Of a stretch of 64,000 nt of DNA, positions 58,139 to 64,000 are shown in pieces. The stretch lies in contig JBBTWP010000001.1 of NCBI GenBank assembly GCA_038062675.1, positions 122,059 through 186,058 on the forward strand, in the 5' to 3' direction. The notes under the pieces were generated by a model. That model was given only the letters and a program-made list of their open reading frames with translations. It did no database searches and was not told where the DNA came from. Source of the stretch: Patescibacteria group bacterium (lineage in GTDB: Bacteria; Patescibacteriota; Minisyncoccia; Phycocordibacterales; UBA1550). Positions within the stretch are counted from its first letter, which is position 1. Every line of letters starts with the position of its first letter. The position numbers were made by a program, and so were the translations under genes.

Positions 58139-58969
58139 ATGAAAGCAATGTTTGTGGCAATGGGTATGTTGTTTGCGGTGAATTTTGCGTATGCGGAGGA
58201 AGTGGCGAAAGAGGGCGAGGCCGAAGGCCTCGCCCTCGAACAAAAACTTGCTCGTGTGTATGACCTCTATCGTAGAGAAGCCACCGTGTCACTCAAGCCG
58301 AGCGAGATGCAAGCGGGGGTGGGAGTCGTGTACACAACCGGAACTCAAGAAACATTTGGGCTACGGCAAAGTGTGCGTGCGCTTACCACGCAAGTATTTG
58401 CAAGTCGTGGGGTTGGGCATGGGATGGAAATTTCAGTCGCACTCCCCTACTCTGCAACTTCGCGAAGAGTGGAAACGTCAGAGGCAACACTCGCAAAGAG
58501 TTCAGCGTTTGGTGGTGGAGACACAACCATACGCCTGTTGGGTACGCTTCCCACAAAAGAAGTCAGCACAACAGCAATACTTTCTGCAACCCTTCCCACG
58601 GGAAAACATGAGCTCTCACACAACGAGGCACACACTTCTCTGGGAGCAAGCTGGAGTAAAGTTCTACGTCCAGCATTTGTTTCTGGGGGCGCTTCATGGG
58701 AACGAGACTGGCAGAGTGATGTAAATGGTCTGGGCTACAATCTCGGTATGGGATTCTTTCTCAACCACGCACTGTCACTTGGTGGAGAAATAGCGGGTGT
58801 CCTCGTGCTTAATCCTGAAATGGGGGCAGTGCAAGACACGCAAAGCATGGGGCTCAAAGTTGCGTACCAAACCACACCAGATTTTGGTGTGGTGGTATCT
58901 ACTAACATTGGCATAGGAACCAGTGCACCACAATCATCTCTTGGTATGACAACCTATTGGAGGTTTTGA
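58139..58969 (+). CDS. FapF-like / COG4313-type beta-barrel transporter
   Basis: AYA| signal, helical N-terminal plug, VALPY, GGGDT, LPTG, C-terminal TTYWRF. Confidence 0.75.
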   Translation: MKAMFVAMGMLFAVNFAYAEEVAKEGEAEGLALEQKLARVYDLYRREATVSLKPSEMQAGVGVVYTTGTQETFGLRQSVRALTTQVFASRGVGHGMEISVALPYSATSRRVETSEATLAKSSAFGGGDTTIRLLGTLPTKEVSTTAILSATLPTGKHELSHNEAHTSLGASWSKVLRPAFVSGGASWERDWQSDVNGLGYNLGMGFFLNHALSLGGEIAGVLVLNPEMGAVQDTQSMGLKVAYQTTPDFGVVVSTNIGIGTSAPQSSLGMTTYWRF

Positions 58970-59628
58970 TGAAGAATACTTTGCCACACGTTTTGCTTTT
59001 TGTGTTTTCTTTTCTTTTTTCCATACCCACATACGCGTCTTCGGACGAACCGTGGACATGGGACGAGGTACGCTTCGGCGGCATTGTAGAGCAAGGGCTC
59101 GACAATTCATGTGGAATCGCATCGCTCCTCACCATTATGCGCATGCATTTTGGTGATGAACGATATGATGAAGCATCGCTTCTTAAAAAGTACATGGAAA
59201 CTGCAAGTGAGGAATCAATTGCAGAGTCTATGAAAAATGGCTTTTCACTACTTGAGATGGAGAAGTTCAGCACATCGCTAGGGTACACCACCTCAAAGAA
59301 AATACTGTCCTTTGAGGAACTGGAGCGATTGGTGGCATTTGTGCCTGTCCTTGTTTACCTTGAGGTTGGGAAATTTCGACATTTTGCGGTTGTGAGAGGG
59401 ATACAAAAAGACGTTGTCCTTTTGGGTGACCCATCACGAGGAAATGTGGAATACACACGCGAAGAGTTTTTATCCGAATGGGGAAAACTCAAAGGGGTAT
59501 CTCAAGAAAAAGGTGCGGGGCTTATGTTGGTACGAAGTGGCGTGATACCAACACAAACACTTTTAACCGGGCCGAGCACAGAAGAACCTTCCTCTTTTGT
59601 CGAAATGCAAAGGCAGTTGGTAAGATGA
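58969..59628 (+). CDS. standalone secreted C39 peptidase (FapD-like)
   Basis: VEQGLDNSCG.ASL, HFAV, LLGDPSRGN; signal peptide; TGATG coupling to the barrel gene. Confidence 0.9.
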   Translation: MKNTLPHVLLFVFSFLFSIPTYASSDEPWTWDEVRFGGIVEQGLDNSCGIASLLTIMRMHFGDERYDEASLLKKYMETASEESIAESMKNGFSLLEMEKFSTSLGYTTSKKILSFEELERLVAFVPVLVYLEVGKFRHFAVVRGIQKDVVLLGDPSRGNVEYTREEFLSEWGKLKGVSQEKGAGLMLVRSGVIPTQTLLTGPSTEEPSSFVEMQRQLVR

Positions 59629-59655
59629 GCAAACATTAAATCCTTACGGAAAACC

Positions 59656-59695
59656 AAAAGCGGATCAGGAAAACTTGATCCGCTTTTTATTTTTT
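59656..59695. terminator. bidirectional terminator
   Basis: AAAAGCGGATCA ggaaaact TGATCCGCTTTT. Confidence 0.8.
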
Positions 59696-61715
59696 ATTCC
59701 CCTGCTTCGTTGCGTGCTTTGAGTGCAGCGATTTCGTCGCGGATGATGGCGGCGGTTTCAAAGTCGAGTTCTTTGACGGCGCGGTTCATTTCTTTTTCTT
59801 TAAGCTTGAGGAGTTTTGCAAAATCTTTTCCAAAGACTTGTCCGTCGACGTCGAGGTTGAACTTCACCGCTTTCATGTGTGCGGTTTCGAGATGTTCGGT
59901 GATGTCTTTGATACTCTTGATGATGGTCTTAGGTGTAATGCCGTGTTCTTTGTTGTATGCGACTTGAATGGCGCGACGACGATTGGTTTCGCCAACAGCG
60001 CGCTCGATGGAGCCCGTGATAACATCGGCATAGAGAATTACGCGCCCTAGCACATTGCGAGCTGCGCGCCCAATGGTCTGGATGAGTGCTGTTTCAGAGC
60101 GCAAAAATCCCTCTTTGTCGGCGTCGAGGATGCCAATGAGCGCAACTTCAGGAAGATCGAGTCCTTCGCGGAGCAGGTTCACGCCAACAATACAATCAAA
60201 CGTACCCTTGCGAAACTCGGTGAGTATCTGAATCCGTTCGATGGTCTTGATGTCACTGTGAAGGTACTCAGCTTTTACACCTTCCCCTTTTAAATATTCT
60301 GACAAATCTTCTGCCATTTTTTTGGTGAGGGTGGTGGCAATGACGCGGTGACCACCTGCGACCACTTTCTTTGTCTCGGCGATGAAATCTTGGATTTGCC
60401 CGCCATAGCTACCTTTCTCGCCAATTGGTCGTAAAATAATTTCGGGGTCGATGAGGCCCGTGGGGCGAATGATTTGCTCCACTACTTGCTTGCTCGTCTC
60501 GCGCTCGTGAGTTGCAGGAGTTGCGGAGGTGTAAATGACTTGCCCGACGCGTTCATTGAACTCTTCGAAGCGAAGAGGACGGTTGTCTTGGGCGCTTGGC
60601 AGACGAAAACCGAATTCGACGAGGGTTTTTTTGCGTGACTGGTCACCGGCATACATGCCACCAATTTGCGGAATGGTCACGTGCGATTCGTCGATGATGG
60701 TGAGAAAGTCGGGCTTGCCGTCTTTGGTGCGAGGGAAATATGAAAGGAGTGTGTCTGGGGGTGAACCAGCCGCGCGCCCTGACATGTGGCGTGAATAGTT
60801 TTCGATACCATTGCAATACCCCATCTCGCGAATCATAGCGAGGTCGTAGGTAGTGCGGCGTTTGATGCGCTCGGCTTCGAGGAGTTTACCCTCCTTTTCA
60901 AATTTTTTAAGTTGTGTGGCAAGTTCGGCTTTGATGACTTTGAGTGCCTTGGTCTTTGCCGCTTCGTTGGTGATGAAGTGTTTTGCAGGGAAGATGAAAA
61001 TGGCGGGTTCGGTTCCCACAATTTTTTGTGAGACGGGGTCAACTTTTTGGATGGATGCAATCCCCTGCATGTCGAGCGTAAGACTCCAAATCATTTTTTC
61101 TGAGACGGGCATGATTTCAAGCAGTGAGCCAATAGAGCGAAAGGTTCCCGGAGTGAGGTCGGCGTTGGTGCGCTCAAAGTGAATGGCGATGAGTTTTTTC
61201 ATGAGCTCTTTGCGATCCATTTTTTGTCCAACGGCAAGTTTCAAATTTTCTTTTTCATATTCCGCTGGCGAACCGAGACCGTAGATACAGGACACCGATG
61301 CAACAATAATCACGTCGCGACGCGTCAGGAGTGCCTGTGTCGAGGCATGGCGGAGGCGGTCAATTTCTTCGTTGATCTGAGCGTCTTTCTCAATGTACGT
61401 GTCGGTGACCGGCATGTACGCCTCTGGCTGATAATAGTCATAGTACGACACAAAGTAGTGCACTGCGTTGTTGGGGAAAAATTCTTTGTACTCTTGCGCA
61501 AGCTGTGCGGCGAGAGTTTTGTTGTGTGCGATAACGAGTGTCGGCTTCCCTATTTCCGCAATAACGTTTGCGGCGGTGAATGTTTTCCCGGAGCCAGTCA
61601 CACCCAAAAGCGTCTGGCGGTCAAAGCCTTTTTTGAGTCCAGAAACGAGCTTTTTGATCGCTTCGGGCTGGTCGCCAGCGGGAGGCCAGTCGGATGTGAG
61701 GTTAAATGTGGACAT
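59694..61715 (-). CDS. uvrB: excinuclease ABC subunit B
   Basis: GDQP.AI, GVTGSGKT, SYYDYYQPEAY, DESH, NLLREGLD, C-terminal UVR domain. Confidence 0.98.
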   Translation of the reverse strand: MSTFNLTSDWPPAGDQPEAIKKLVSGLKKGFDRQTLLGVTGSGKTFTAANVIAEIGKPTLVIAHNKTLAAQLAQEYKEFFPNNAVHYFVSYYDYYQPEAYMPVTDTYIEKDAQINEEIDRLRHASTQALLTRRDVIIVASVSCIYGLGSPAEYEKENLKLAVGQKMDRKELMKKLIAIHFERTNADLTPGTFRSIGSLLEIMPVSEKMIWSLTLDMQGIASIQKVDPVSQKIVGTEPAIFIFPAKHFITNEAAKTKALKVIKAELATQLKKFEKEGKLLEAERIKRRTTYDLAMIREMGYCNGIENYSRHMSGRAAGSPPDTLLSYFPRTKDGKPDFLTIIDESHVTIPQIGGMYAGDQSRKKTLVEFGFRLPSAQDNRPLRFEEFNERVGQVIYTSATPATHERETSKQVVEQIIRPTGLIDPEIILRPIGEKGSYGGQIQDFIAETKKVVAGGHRVIATTLTKKMAEDLSEYLKGEGVKAEYLHSDIKTIERIQILTEFRKGTFDCIVGVNLLREGLDLPEVALIGILDADKEGFLRSETALIQTIGRAARNVLGRVILYADVITGSIERAVGETNRRRAIQVAYNKEHGITPKTIIKSIKDITEHLETAHMKAVKFNLDVDGQVFGKDFAKLLKLKEKEMNRAVKELDFETAAIIRDEIAALKARNEAGE

Positions 61716-61818
61716 TGGTTGTGTTGACAATATAGCACAAAGAAGCGTACTATGGTAAGAGTTACTGTAAATTGTTTCCCAACTGTTTCCTGCTCTTTTT
61801 TATGAAAGGTGAGATTCC

Positions 61819-61968
61819 ATGAACATGATCAAACGCGATCCTTGGTACTGTTTTCTTGTGAATTTTATTGCCATCATGGGCGTCATCTTCCTGTTCAACT
61901 TTATACTCAAGAATGGCGCACTGCAATTTATTTTTCTCTCTGCGTCGTTCCCCTCAGTTTTTCTGTAA
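61819..61968 (+). CDS. small hydrophobic protein (49 aa, below ORF-track cutoff)
   Basis: TTGACA-18-TACTAT promoter, GAAAGGTG RBS; MNMIKRDPWYCFLVNFIAIMGVIFLFNFILKNGALQFIFLSASFPSVFL. Confidence 0.5.
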   Translation: MNMIKRDPWYCFLVNFIAIMGVIFLFNFILKNGALQFIFLSASFPSVFL

Positions 61969-61993
61969 TACTCCCCTAAGAGAGATTCCTTTC

Positions 61994-63325
<1,332 letters not shown>

Positions 63326-63357
63326 TCACCCCGCCCACAGCCAAAGGAGTAAAGCCC

Positions 63358-63870
63358 ATGAGCATTAAAATGATTGCGGCAGTCGCACTGAATGGCGTAA
63401 TTGGAAACAAAAACACCATGCCGTGGCATTTGCCCCGAGATTTACAGTACTTTAAAAGTGTAACGCGAGGTCATATCATTGCAATGGGGATGAAGACATT
63501 CACCTCTATTGGATGTCGAGCACTTCCTGAACGAGAAACGTATGTTTTGACCAGAGACACCAGCAAGATGGCGAACCGCTATCCAAAGGTCACGTTTGTT
63601 GCAAGTATAGATGACATTCTACGTCTTGCAAAAACTCCACAGCAAATCTTTATTTGCGGAGGAGGAGAGCTTTACGAACAATTCCTTCCCTACGCCGACA
63701 CACTCTACATCACCAATATCGAGGTGGAGGTTGACGGAGATACTATCTTTCCAAAAATCGGAGAAGGTGAATGGGACTTATTCTCAACAACTCCGTTTCC
63801 TCCCGACAAAGAAAATGCGCACACAATGACGTTCAACGTGTATTCGCGCAAACAGCCGATAAAAAATTGA
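63358..63870 (+). CDS. folA: dihydrofolate reductase
   Basis: IAAV..NGVIG...MPWHLP.DL..FK, MG.KT..SI, GGGELY, GDT.FP; AAGGAG RBS. Confidence 0.96.
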   Translation: MSIKMIAAVALNGVIGNKNTMPWHLPRDLQYFKSVTRGHIIAMGMKTFTSIGCRALPERETYVLTRDTSKMANRYPKVTFVASIDDILRLAKTPQQIFICGGGELYEQFLPYADTLYITNIEVEVDGDTIFPKIGEGEWDLFSTTPFPPDKENAHTMTFNVYSRKQPIKN

Positions 63871-63899
63871 ACATTTAATAGTTCAAATAATAAAAAGAG

Positions 63900-63929
63900 T
63901 AAAGCCGGCATGCAACATGCCGGCTTTTT
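63900..63929 (+). terminator. intrinsic terminator after folA
   Basis: AAAGCCGGCATG caa CATGCCGGCTTT + T-tract. Confidence 0.85.
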
Positions 63930-64000
63930 ATTGATGTCTAGAATTCAGGCGCGACAAATTGACAAAACGGGAGAAAGCAGGTATTCTTTCCACAGAAACG

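Overview
This 64-kb window most resembles a Patescibacteria (CPR, Parcubacteria-like) chromosome read in genetic code 11; the taxonomy is inferred from gene content, not from a marker search. Core genes are bcp-mutY-nth, mraY-ftsW-murG-gltX-M23 peptidase, scpA/scpB, a D,D-carboxypeptidase, aspS (short, non-discriminating type), trpS, hisS, rmuC, yqeY, uvrC/uvrA/uvrB, tgt and folA. They are interleaved with accessory cassettes and a ~14-kb surface-glycan locus. Main observations: (1) a FapF/FapD-like beta-barrel + secreted C39 peptidase cassette between uvrB and uvrA, with a signal-peptide/leader/hydrophobic-core precursor and candidate immunity genes; (2) a promoter- and terminator-bounded ~100-nt structured RNA convergent on a DUF3800 gene; (3) a TrpR-like (YerC/HisR) mini-regulon whose two near-identical 20-bp operators front a GNAT and an M14 deacylase next to hisS; (4) REP-like palindromes found both intergenically and in-frame inside uvrA and tgt; (5) two single-gene cargos flanked by duplications of core-gene ends (bcp 5', yqeY 3'); (6) two triplets of small unknown paralogs; (7) a 54-bp palindrome with a dif-like core; (8) pervasive leaderless-type promoters. 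No tRNA, rRNA, CRISPR array, integrase or transposase was seen. All family calls come from motif recognition by eye, and no database search was run.
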